64,000 nt of DNA from the human T2T-CHM13v2.0 reference genome, Homo sapiens, in assembly GCF_009914755.1 (NCBI RefSeq), contig NC_060946.1; one strand, 5' to 3'. The notes below the pieces were generated by a model, which worked only from the letters and a program-made list of their open reading frames with translations, had not been told where the DNA came from and ran no database searches. This document shows positions 1 through 18,988 of this stretch, in pieces. A program made the position numbers and the translations under genes. Every line of letters starts with the position of its first letter. Within the stretch, counting starts at the first letter, position 1.

Positions 1-114
1 ATAGCCTCAGATTCAAATTCTGGCTCACCTGCCTGCCAGTCATGGGGACCCTACTACCTGACTGCTCTGAGCCCCGGCATCCTCCTCTGCACTGCCCACT
101 CCGTGCCCAACCTC

Positions 115-601
<487 letters not shown>

Positions 602-1409
602 TGAAATTTAATTTTAATTAATGTTAAACAGGCATGTGTGTCTAGCGGCTATAGTGTGAGACAGTGCAGTTCTAGAGAAAGGAGAGGCTTGGCCACACAG
701 ACTGATTTGAGGGGCAGTGAGAGATCAGCTTCTTCCCAAAAGGCACCCTCTGCCCCACCCCTTGGTGTGCTTCATCCATCAGTGCAGGTTGTCTGAAGCA
801 AGGTCCCACTAAACAAGCAAAGGCCCAGCATTCAGTCACCAAGCACTTGTGATGTGCACCGCCCCATTTAATCTTCACAATTGGGTATTGTGTGCATTAT
901 TTAATCCTAAGAGCTGATTCACAAGGGAGAGACTGTTACCATTTTCATTTGGTCTTAGCCAAAAGGCTGAGAAGCGATGGTTATCATTTTCGAATGTGGA
1001 TACGGTGCAGAGAGGCAAAGCGCCCTACCCAAGACCCCAGAGGCGAGTCCTTTAGGCTTAACCTTCATGCCTCCCAGCCTCCCCAGGAAACCGCCCGGGA
1101 CAGCTGGAGGCATTCACAGCCCATGTGAGCAAGTTTGTTAGGACTTAAAGCCTGGCGGCTGTTAAGGGTTGAGTGGGGACAGGGACATGGAACTAGTTCT
1201 GGAGCTCGGGTTTCTGGCAGAATGTTCCAAAAATAGGAACTAGCAGCCAAAGGACAATGTCAGAAATGACCGAGTCAGGAGTGGTCTGTGTCTGAGCTGG
1301 GAGAGGCAGCAGAGAGGATTGTGGTTTGATACACATTTGTGTAAATAAGCACGCCTGTTTTGTAGATGGGGAAGCTGGGGCAGAAATGGGGCAAAAATAC
1401 GATTTTAAA

Positions 1410-2421
<1,012 letters not shown>

Positions 2422-3519
2422 GTGTATCCAGAGATCTGGCAGGAGACTCAGGGAAAAATCACTGCAGCGTTGTAACCCCATTTTTCTCCTCTGTAAAGCG
2501 GGGGTGGCATGGACAGTCTCCTCGAGTTGCTACAGGGTTGAAGGGGCACTGTTTGGGAGCTGTGAGGTGCTCCTGCTTCCACCCGGGGCCTGCACGAGTC
2601 CTCCTGGCTCTGAACCCCCGACCCAGGACTGGCTCAGGGTGAGGGGTCAGTGGTCCGCATGGTGGAGAGAGAGAAATTCTGAGCCAACAGACTCTGTTCA
2701 GGGGACAGGAAAGGCCCTCATCCCCGCTGGCTTCCAGATCTCCCAGATAAGGAGAAATTAATGTTTGATCTGAGCTTCATTCCAGAGACAGACAAACCAG
2801 TTTACTGCTGCTGACTGAGAGGACACCCCACCCCTGCTATCGCACCTCACCGCCCTTTGGACTTGACACAGGACTTCTCCTGGGCCCCATGGGTCCCATT
2901 GTCCTCAGGCCCCTGTGCTTAGCATGGACCGGGCAGTCGGTGGGCCTGGGGGATGTTTGCTAAAATCAGGTTGCAAATCCAGCCCGCCACCTTCCGCCAC
3001 TTCTTAGTGGGAGAAGCTGCCTCCGAAGCCAGGGATGGGACCCTCATCAGGAAGTCAGCCTCATGGATCCCAACGTAGACGCTGCCAGGAGGAGAAGAAC
3101 ACAGAGATCTGACTGCCTCACTGAGCAGCTGTTAGCCTTGGCCGAGCCACTTCCCCTCTCTGGGCTCCAGACCCTCAGCTGTAGAAAGGAGTCTTAATCC
3201 CTTCTCCCCTCCAAATCTGCTCTTCCCCATCTCATCTCAGTTGGGAGCTCCCCAACTCCATCCTTTTGGCTCCTCAGGCTAGAACTAGGGTCCCCCTTGA
3301 CTCCTCCCTCACTCTCACCCCACCTCCAGTCCATCAGCAAAGTCCTGTGGGCCCAACCTTCAAAATACATCCACCACGAGAACTTTCCTCCGGCCCGCAC
3401 CGGTGCCAGCCTGCACCACGCCATGCTGCTCCCTCCTTTACCTATCTGGTGTGATCCAAGACGAACTTAGCACCTAGAAAGAGCCTTCCGTCTTCCACGC
3501 ATGTTAATTAGAAAATTTA

Positions 3520-3852
<333 letters not shown>

Positions 3853-4159
3853 TCATTCATTCATCAAACACTGCTGAGAATGTGCCCTATGCAGGACACG
3901 GGAGGAGGAGGATTTGGGCCAGGCCTTGGAGAATGGGGGGCTTCCATGATGGAACGTGCAGCATGGGCACCCCAGGCAGTGGGCACAGCAAGTATAAAAA
4001 GAGCTTCAAGGCAGGGGTGGGGGGCTTCGACTATTGATGTCAGAGTTGGAGGGCACTGCAAAAGTCCTCATCCTTGGAGCCACCAAAGGGCAAGAGAGAG
4101 CTGGGTGAGCTTAGGGACCTGTCAGTGTTCAGTGGGGCTGGTGCCAGGGAATGAGGTAA

Positions 4160-4554
<395 letters not shown>

Positions 4555-4652
4555 GGAAGCGTGGGCTTTATTCAGAGGACAGTGGGTGGCCTTGAAGGGC
4601 TTTACATGAGGAAAGTGACAACCAGACTTGCGCTTTAGAAATGTCACTCTGG

Positions 4653-5600
4653 GGCCCAGATGAGACGCAGAACCACGCTTGCCCCTTCCTTTCCAGCTGC
4701 GGCCCCGGAACTTGCAGCTGCATTGATGTTGATGCCTAGGAAGAACCAGATTGCCGTTTATGAACTCCTTTTTAAGCAGGGAGTCATGGTGGCTAAGGAG
4801 GGTGTCCACCTGCCTAGGCACCCGGAGCTGGCAGACAAGAATGTGCCCAACCTTCACATCATGAAGGCCATGCAGTCCCTCAAGTCCCAAGGCCACAGGG
4901 AGGAACAGTTTGCCTGGAGACATTTCTACTGGCACCTTACCCGTGAGGGTATCCAGAGTATCCGTGAGGACCTCCATCTACCCCCTGAGACTGTGCCTGC
5001 CACCCCACACTGCAGCCCTCCAGAGACTGGCAGGCCTCGGCTAGGTCTGGAGGGCAGTCGACCTACAAGACTCACAAGAGGGGAAGCTGACAGAGACCAA
5101 CAGATGGGGCACTGTGCCTCCTGGTGCAGACCAGAAAGCCGAGGCTGGGGCTGGGTCAGCAACCAAGTTTAGAGGCAGATTTGATCGTGGACATGGTCAG
5201 CCATGTCAGTAAAACTGGAGAGGATTATTTTGCATTGAATAAACTTATAGCCAGAAAAACTTTTTATTTTATTTATTTTTTATTTTTTTTATTGAGACAG
5301 AGTCTCACTCTGTTGCCCAGGCTGGAGGGCAGCAATGTGATCCCAGCTCACTGCAACCTCCCCACCTCCCGAGTTCAAGTGATTCTCCTGCCTCAGCCTC
5401 CCAAGTAGCTGGGATTACAGGCGCCTGCCACCATGCCCGTCTAATTTTTTTTGTATTTTTAGTAGAGATGGGGTTTCACCATGTTGGTCAAGCTGGTCTT
5501 GAAGTTCTGACCTCAGGTGATCCGCCCTTCTCGGCCTCTCAAAATGTTGGGATTACAGGCGTGAGTCACGGCGCCCGACCCAGAGAAACTTTTTTAAAAA
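4653..5600 (+). pseudogene. Processed pseudogene of ribosomal protein S10 (eS10/RPS10)
   Basis: ATG at 4726 gives [24 protein letters not shown]...[15 protein letters not shown]...FAWRHFYW...LHLPPE...RGEADRD, a diverged RPS10. Intronless; 5'TOP-like cttcctttcc at ~4685; frameshift near 5098; ancestral stop TAA 5210-5212; AATAAA 5238-5243; TSD AGAAATGTCACTCTGG (4637-4652) / AGAAATGTTACCCTGG (5601-5616). Confidence 0.95.
5261..5580 (-). mobile_element. Alu inserted in the tail of the RPS10 retrocopy
   Basis: Antisense Alu flanked by ccagaaaaacttttt / ccagagaaacttttt. Confidence 0.9.
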
Positions 5601-6039
5601 AGAAATGTTACCCTGGCTTCTGGGTGGGGACGCATCAGAGGAGTGATGCATGAACAGGGAGACCCAGTAGGAGGCCAGTCTCCGTAGAAGACAGGGTGTG
5701 GACACCAGGGTCCCATGGCCTGGGTTTAAAACCCACCTCCCTACTCCCTGTGTCTTACCTGGAGGACGCTGGGTCTGTCTACCTGTCCATCTCGGCAGGG
5801 TCAGGCACTGTGCGGGTGCCGCGGTTAGAGCTCGCGTTTTAGCGGGCAGTTATTCAACTGCCTTGAGCCTCACTTCATCTGAAGGTAATGGAGGTAATAA
5901 CAGTACCTGCCTGCCAGACCAGATGTGACAGATAAGTTGAAATGTGTAAAACCCTTAGCACAGTCCCTGACACGTGGGGTCAATTGTTATTATGTTATTA
6001 GTCCAGGCATGAAAGTGTGGAGGGGGCCAATTACATGTG

Positions 6040-7380
<1,341 letters not shown>

Positions 7381-7978
7381 CCGTGCCAGGCAGCGGTGGC
7401 AGCATCAGAATGGAAGAGGTGGGTTCCAGAGTCACTGGGAAGATCCGTGTGCCCAGCACGCAGTAGGCACTCAACAAACACCTGTTGAGTAAGTTTGGAT
7501 TCTACGTGAGAGGGGCCTGAAAGGAAAGAGATGGCCCAGAGGAGACAGGACTAGTCCAACAGAGCCCAGGGCTGTGGTGACACCTGGGGAATGTGGGGGA
7601 CCCTGCCACTGCCCACCACCGCAGTCACAGGGCACATTCACACCCACGACTGCACTTCATCCCACCCCTCTGCAAGAGGACCCCTTGAGCATCCCCATCT
7701 TCCTGAAAAAGAAACCAAGGGTAAGGACCACCACAATGAGAATCACAGCCAGGGCTGAACACGGCTCTTCAGAGAGTCCTGTCATGCGCGGCCCCTTGGA
7801 GTCACCAAGGAGGGCATGTTCTGCAGGACGGGCAGCTGGAAATGTGGGTCTGGAGCTTGGGAGACAGGTGGGGGCCCCTTAGAGCAAAGTGGGCGTCCTC
7901 ATCACAGAGTGAGGATAGACGAGTGAGCACCAGGCAGGGACTTGGGTTTCTCCACTGGGGTTTTTGTTTCTCGTTTTA

Positions 7979-9847
<1,869 letters not shown>

Positions 9848-10231
9848 CTATAAAAATTCTTGGAAGAAAACCGCAGCCCTGTTCAAGAGTTCCTTACCTC
9901 TGGGACATTTTCTGTGTGCTGAAGATAGGGATCTGATCATCCGCTCTCTGCATGTCAGGGCTGAGAGGTGACCAAACTCCCTCCCCACTTTCTAGAAGGT
10001 AAACCGACACCCAAAGAGGGGAACAGTGCATTTCTGTGGCAGAGAACAGACTCTGTCCCCCAACATTTTCACTTTGAAAAATGTCAAACCTACAGAAACA
10101 TTTCAAGAACACTACAGTAAATACTCATACTTATTTACCAATTGCTAACATTACACTAAATTTACTTTCTCTTTTTCTCTCGAATCTCATATATATGTTA
10201 GTTTCAGGTATCATGACACTTTATCCACATG

Positions 10232-10779
10232 CAAGCTGGGAGGATCCCTTGAGGCCAGGAGCTAGAGACCATCCTGGGCAACATAGTGAGACCCCATCTC
10301 TACCAAAAAAAAAAAAAAATCAAAAAAAACTTGCTCAGCCTGGTGGTGCATGCCTGTAGTCCCAGGATTGCTTGAGCCCAGGAGGTCGAGGCTACAGTGA
10401 ACTATGATCTTGCCACTTTGAGCTATGATTAAAGCTGCAATAACAGAGCCAGACCCTGTCTCTTAGAAAAAGGATAAAGAAAATCAGCAGAAACTAATTA
10501 ATTTCTGTATGACGTTGATGACATAACCTCACTGGCAGAAAAAGAATAAAACGATCTGAGTAATTATAGAGCTGGGTTGTCCAGGGGTACCTCCTTAGTG
10601 GAGTACACTCTAAGAACTGGGAGGCCTGTGACAGAACCCCAAACCTCACTAGTGACTTTGTTATTGGCAGTGGGGAGGGCGGAGCCATTGTGAAGCAACT
10701 TTGGGTTATCCTAGGATTGGTGGTACCAGAACCCAGATTCTCACTGTAGGATGAGGGAGATTTGGAATGGAAGAAGGAA
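10232..10779 (+). repeat. Left arm of ~540-bp inverted duplication
   Basis: Reverse complement of 12755-13289; about 17 substitutions plus a poly-A/T length difference by manual comparison; twin 64-aa ORFs at 10494..10688(-) and 12846..13040(+). Confidence 0.97.
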
Positions 10780-10864
10780 AATGCTGGTGTTTTGTTATTT
10801 GTAATTAGTTATGGAAAAAAATTACTAAAACAAGATTTTTAAGTGAAAAGAAAAGAAAAAGGCT

Positions 10865-11141
<277 letters not shown>

Positions 11142-11445
11142 AAAAAAAAAAAGAAAGAAAGAAAGAAAGAAGGTAGGACAAAGAAAGAAGAAAGAGAGGA
11201 AGGAAGGAAGGAGAAAGAAAGAAAGAAGGAAGGAAGAAAGGAAGGAAGGAAGGAGAAAGAAAGAAGGAAGGAAGGAGAAAGAAAGAAGGAAGGAAAGAAA
11301 GGAAGGAAGGAAGGTAGAAAGAAAGAAAGAAGGACAAAGAAAGAAGAAAGAGAGGAAGGAAGGAAGGAGAAAGAAAGAAGGAAGGAAAGAAAGGAAGGAA
11401 GGAAGGTAGAAAGAAAGAAAGAAAGAAAGAAAAAAAAAGAAAAAA
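11142..11445 (+). repeat. Polypurine (GAAA/GGAA)n tract, 304 nt
   Basis: Only 5 pyrimidines in 304 nt; internal block repeated at 11176 and 11332. Confidence 0.97.
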
Positions 11446-11449
11446 CTAG

Positions 11450-11757
11450 GTTCATTGAGACAGACCCAGAAGCAGTAATACCCAGTTGCAAGAGGCACCT
11501 TGCCACTGTTAGATCTTAAACTCCAGTCTCCAGTGAAAGGCACCAGTGCCCCTTGGAGAGATGGCCGAATCCAGAGCTGGGACAGGGAATGTCAAGAGGA
11601 GCCCGGGACATTTTATTGTGCCAGAAAGTAAAGAGGTTCTCAAAGAATGGTGGGAGCGTGAAAGCAGCTAACACAGAGCTGCTAGAAGGAGCTGCCAACA
11701 GCCAGGACTGGGAACATTTGAGCACAAAATAAATAATGGAAGTCATACATTCAGCTT
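11450..11757 (+). mobile_element. Old L1M (L1MC/MD/ME-type) 3' region fragment
   Basis: ccttggagagatggccgaatccagagctgggacaggga...gtgccagaaagtaaagagg resembles the L1M 3' consensus as recalled. Confidence 0.6.
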
Positions 11758-11759
11758 GC

Positions 11760-12320
11760 TTTTTTTTTTTTTTTGAGACGGAGTCTCACTGTGTCACCCA
11801 GGCTGGATTACAGTGGCACGGCGCGATCTCAGCTCACTGAAACCTCCACCTCCTGGGTTCAAGAGATTCTCCTGCCTCAGCCTCCCAAGTAGCACTGATT
11901 AGAACTCACCGTCATGACCATGTCCTGCCCAAAAGGTTTAACTTGAATTTCATAAATAGGAAACCATCAGACAGATCCACATGCAGGGACTTTCTGCAAA
12001 CCAGCTGGACTGGATGCTTTGCAAATGTTCACATCAGGAAAGACAGAAGCAAAACAAAACAAAAGGCTGAGAACTGTCTGATGGTTTCCTATTGATGAGA
12101 TTCAAGTTAAACCTTTTGGGCGGGACATGGATGTCCAAGTAGCTGGGACTACAGGCGCCTGCCACCACGCCTGGCTAGTTTTTTGGGTTTTTTTGTATAT
12201 TTAGTAGAGAAGGGGTTTCACTATGTTGGCCAGGCTGGTCTCAAACTCCTGACCTCATGATCTGCCCACCTCGGCCTCTCAAAGTGCTGGGATTACAAGC
12301 GTGAGCCACCGCATCCAGCT
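11760..12320 (-). mobile_element. Alu split by a 241-nt insertion (11894-12134)
   Basis: Alu breaks at cctcccaagtagc (11893) and resumes at ccaagtagctgggactacagg (12135). Confidence 0.92.
11918..12130. repeat. 57-bp inverted repeat (hairpin) with 99-nt spacer
   Basis: 11918-11974 versus 12074-12130, 54 of 57 positions complementary. Confidence 0.97.
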
Positions 12321-12344
12321 GGGGAAAGACTTTTAGGGATCAAG

Positions 12345-12678
<334 letters not shown>

Positions 12679-12754
12679 TTAATCCAGAGATACCAACTTT
12701 ACCAAATGATGAAATGGAACATCCCCAATAATGGGACACACTGACCTCATGTGC

Positions 12755-13289
12755 TTCCTTCCTCCATTCCAAATCTCCCTCATCCTACAGTGAGAATCTG
12801 GGTTCTGGTACCACCAATCCTAGGATAACCCAAAGTTGCTTCGGAATGGCTCCGCCCTCCCTACTGCCAATAACAAAGTCACTAGTGAGGTTTGGGGTTC
12901 TGTCACAGGCCTCCCAGTTCTTAGAGTGTAGTCCACTAAGGAGGTACCCCTGGACAACCCAGCTCTGTAATTACTCAGATCGTTTTATTCTTTTTCTGCC
13001 AGTGAGGTTATGTCATCAACGTCATACAGAGATTAATTAGTTTCTGTTGATTTTCTTTATCTTTTTTCTAAGAGACAGGGTCTGGCTCTGTTATTGCAGC
13101 TTTAATCATAGCTCAAAGTGGCATGATCATAGTTCACTGTAGCCTCGACCTCCTGGGCTCAAGCAATCCTGGGACTACAGGCATGCCCCACTAGGCTGAG
13201 CTAATTTTTTTTTTTTGGTAGAGATGGGGTCTCACTATGATGCCCAGGATGGTCTCTAGCTCCTGGCCTCAAGGGATCCTCCTATCTTG
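12755..13289 (-). repeat. Right arm of ~540-bp inverted duplication
   Basis: Reverse complement of 10232-10779; its Alu part continues intact to ~13330. Confidence 0.97.
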
Positions 13290-13959
13290 ACCTCCCAAAG
13301 TGTTGGGATTACAGGCATGAGCCTCCTTGCCCCTCTTCTGTTGTTTTTTTCCTATCCTTGTTGACTTACTTTTATTTCTTAAATGTAAAATTGATTTAAG
13401 GTGCATCCAGAGATGTGCACAGATTCTTGTGATGGAGGGAACCGCACAGTCATGGTGAGGAGTCCATCATAATTTTCAAACGCCCCTTTAAGAAGTAGGC
13501 ATTAACACCCTGCTCCATCCCTTTGAGGCAGCCCTGGGCTGAGCACTGGACTCCTGGGTTCCACCAGCCTCAGTGTCTCCAGGAGTCCAAGCGCGGCCGG
13601 GGGTGAGTCCCTGTCCCCGCGCCCCCCACCACGCTCCAATACTTACCCCCTGCCCCACCCCCCAGCCTCCCGGGCCTTGGCTTGTACCTGTGAACCGAAG
13701 GGGTCATACTAGACGTCATACTAGGGTCTCTGGATAGCTCCCAGGCCTGGACTTCGTTTTCCAGGATATCACCTTTACTGGTCAACCCATTTTGTTTCAC
13801 GAGTGCCCAGTGAGTGTTTGGCACGTAATAGAGCCTCCATAAATAGTTGTAGAAATTAGCGTCATTTTACAGTATGGAAACTGAGGCTCCAAGTGGGAGT
13901 GGCTTGCCCTCAAGGTCCCATTGGTGAGAGACGCTGTGGAAGGGCTGCCCTGGCCTGGG

Positions 13960-14360
13960 CACACAGTAGGCGCTTTGATGCGGGCTCGAGAAGGTCCTGC
14001 CCGGTGGGATTGCGCCCTGGGGCACCGCGCACGGGTCGGGGAAGCCCGGGGCAGGGCCGTATGCAAATAGCGCGCGAGGAGGCCGCGGATTGGCCAGCCC
14101 AGGCGGGGGCGGGGCGCGCCGAGGGCCCAGAGCTGGCAGGTGCCCTGGCGGGGACAGGTCTGGTGCCCGCGCCTGCTCGCTGGACCGCCCGCCCCGCGCT
14201 CTGGCGGCTCCTCCCGGGCGATGCCTCCGCTCTGGGCCCTGCTGGCCCTCGGCTGCCTGCGGTTCGGCTCGGGTAGGCGGTGAAGGGCAGGAGGGGGCTG
14301 AGCCCAGAAAGAGCGGGCAGCTCTGCCCTGGGGCGCCCGCCGCCTGGACCCTGATTCCTG
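13960..14360 (+). promoter_or_regulatory. UPK3A: UPK3A CpG-island promoter
   Basis: CpG-dense; octamer ATGCAAAT 14061-14068, inverted CCAAT (ATTGG) 14089-14093, GC box GGGGCGGGGC 14106-14115; no TATA box; directly upstream of the ATG at 14221. Confidence 0.85.
14221..14272 (+). CDS. UPK3A: Uroplakin-3a exon 1 (signal peptide MPPLWALLALGCLRFGS)
   Basis: ATG at 14221, donor G|GTAGGC at 14273; the six exons join to 864 nt = 287 aa + stop. Confidence 0.97.
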
Positions 14361-15161
14361 GCGCTGGGGACCCAGATATTACTGTTATGAATAATAGTGA
14401 TAGCCAACGTTTACGGGCCTCCTCTGTTGGGAATCCGAGGGCTCACAGATGGCTGCAGCCCTGCGATGTGTGTTGCAAGAGACCAACATGCAGGGGGGCT
14501 GCGGTAGGACAGAGAAGGGACTAGCCCCAGCCCCATGGTGACGCCTGGACGGGGGCAGATAGAGAGATATTTCGGCCGAGGAAGCAGCATGGGCAAGTTC
14601 ATGGAGGGGAGACAATATTGGGCTGTCCTGGGAACTGCCAGTCCATGGGACCAGCTGGAGCGTGGGGTGAGGGGAGCCTGTGGGGGAAGGGGTGAGGCTG
14701 GAGACCGAACAAAGCAAAGCCCAGAACTTCAGGACCTCACTGCCTTTCCAGAGAGGCTGGACTTCGTCAGGGGGCGCTGGGGGACCATGGGAGGGCCATA
14801 GCCAGAGAATGAGGCAGTCAGACTTGCATGTGGGGGGAGGGTGTTTTTACTAGGGCCCAGGTGAGGAAGGTGGGACGGAGGAGGGCTGGGCCGATGGCAT
14901 GGAGAGATGCTTAGGAGGGACAGTGGAGTTCTTGGCAACTGAGTGTCTGCAGCAGGGAGAGAAGGCAGCAGTTTGGCCCGACCGCTCCATTTCTGAGCAG
15001 GATGACTGGGCAGGGGGCAGTGTCTGAGACAGCTTATGCGGTGGCCCAGGGGGAGGGTGAAGCCCAGGGCCTGGCACACAACACGTGCTCAGTAACTGCA
15101 AGCAGAGTGGGTGTGGACAGTTCTGCCGGAGGTCAGTTCCCATCCTCACTGCCTCCTCCAG

Positions 15162-15317
15162 CTGTGAACCTGCAGCCCCAACTGGCCAGTGTGACTTTCG
15201 CCACCAACAACCCCACACTTACCACTGTGGCCTTGGAAAAGCCTCTCTGCATGTTTGACAGCAAAGAGGCCCTCACTGGCACCCACGAGGTCTACCTGTA
15301 TGTCCTGGTCGACTCAG
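15162..15317 (+). CDS. UPK3A: Uroplakin-3a exon 2
   Basis: ccag|CT acceptor; AVNLQPQLASVTFATNNPTLTTVALEKPLCMFD...VLVDS; donor GTAAGG. Confidence 0.98.
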
Positions 15318-16392
15318 GTAAGGGTCCTGCTTCCCTCTGGCTACTCCAAAAGGGGCTCTGACCTGTCTGCAGGGAGGAGGGAAGGAGGCAGATAGAGGAA
15401 CCCTCCATGCCTGTAGTCGTCTCATTAAACAGGTACTGCAGCCACAGACCTGTCCTTGCCTTGCAGGGACATCCAGTTAGTGAGGGAAGTAATAACACCA
15501 CCAGTCACTGAACACCTACACCATACCAGGCACTTTGCACACCATAGAGCTAGTATCTACAACCAGCTTGTAAGGTAGCTATTACCAATCCCCATTACAG
15601 AGCAGGGAAGCAAGCCTCAGAGAGGTGGAATAACCCCCCCTGGACCTCCCAGGGCTGGAGAGTGAATCCTGATCTCTCTAGTCCCCAAGCCCAAGGTCCT
15701 TCCTGAGGCTCCGAAAGGTGGCTCAAGATTGGTGTTTCTGAGACAAAACCATGCATTTGGACCTGCTGCTGTGGCCCAGCCCCAACCCCTGCCCTGGAGG
15801 GGATCCTGAGCTTCTGAGACAAGCCAACATCAACTCTTGCATTTCTAGCAGCCAGTCATTTACAACAGCTCATTCGGGACCATTCTTTTCTTCTTTCAGC
15901 ATGTGTTTATTGACTATAAACTAAAGTGCCTGATCTCCGGGCACTGTAGGGAATTTCTCTCCCATTTCATAGAAGACTAGGGTCTGAAGAGGTAGAGTGA
16001 GTCGTCCAAGGTCACCCATCTAGTAAGGAGGAGAGCTGGGTCCTGCCTCCACGTTATTTCCCTTGGACCGATGACCTTCCTTTCCCATTTTACACAAGAG
16101 AGAATCCAGGGCTTTCAGCAATGAAGAGACAAAGGTCTGTTGGGATGGGGGGTTGCAGGAATGTCACAAGATAAGGCGAGAGTCAGACACAGCGCCCAAA
16201 GCAGGGAGGTGATCCTTGTCCATCTCCCACATTGCACTGAGAGGGCAGAGACTAAGTTTGCCCCATGCCTGTGATGCCAGTGCCCAGCACAGAGCTGGGG
16301 CAGAAAGGATGATCGGGCATTTGATGAATAACTGAGTGAGTGTCGCTGAGCCGGAGTGGCCAGAAGCCTGACTCCCTGCACCGCCTCTGCAG

Positions 16393-16672
16393 CCATTTCC
16401 AGGAATGCCTCAGTGCAAGACAGCACCAACACCCCACTGGGCTCAACGTTCCTACAAACAGAGGGTGGGAGGACAGGTCCCTACAAAGCTGTGGCCTTTG
16501 ACCTGATCCCCTGCAGTGACCTGCCCAGCCTGGATGCCATTGGGGATGTGTCCAAGGCCTCACAGATCCTGAATGCCTACCTGGTTAGGGTGGGTGCCAA
16601 CGGGACCTGCCTGTGGGATCCCAACTTCCAGGGCCTCTGTAACCCACCCCTGTCGGCAGCCACGGAGTACAG
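16393..16672 (+). CDS. UPK3A: Uroplakin-3a exon 3
   Basis: gcag|CC acceptor; ISRNASVQ...GANGTCLWDPNFQGLCNPPLSAATEYR; donor GTGGGT; sequons at N74 and N139. Confidence 0.98.
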
Positions 16673-16848
16673 GTGGGTGTAAACAAACCACTACAGGAGA
16701 GCCGCGGCAGTTCCCCAGTCCTGATGAGGGAGAGCAGGGGCAAAGTAGGAGCAGCCACACTTCTTGAGAACTTATATGCTGAGAACATCCCAGGTTCCAG
16801 GCAGGCCACGCTGAGCCTCAAGTTCAGAAGAGGCCCCTCTTGGATTGA

Positions 16849-17853
<1,005 letters not shown>

Positions 17854-18197
17854 TCAGCCTTTTTCTTTTTCAGTTTTCTTTGTGATGCCAAGGAGCAGGC
17901 TTGGAGTCACGGAAGGCAGAAATGCAAGGAAGACAGATGCATTAGTGCTCAGCAACTATGCCACGTGTGTTACATGGAGGAAAGAAATGGAGGGGAGCTC
18001 TAAGAGGGAGCGCCTAGAAGGGCAGCTTCTGATTCTGAAGGCTTCATGGATGCAGGAGGTGGCAGCTGATCCAGGGAGGGGTCCTGGGGGGGGTCCTATT
18101 GGCCAAGCTCAGCACTGTCCTGTTGCCCAGAGCCCGCTCAGTAGCCGTCTACATTTCCGTCTCCTGGAAGGGCCCCCGCTGCCGTCTCCCACCCCTA

Positions 18198-18988
<791 letters not shown>

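Noticed and set aside
11918-12130. Hairpin as a pre-miRNA or MITE
   Set aside because: The 99-nt loop is too large for a pre-miRNA; the arms are not at the ends of the insert, which looks L1-derived
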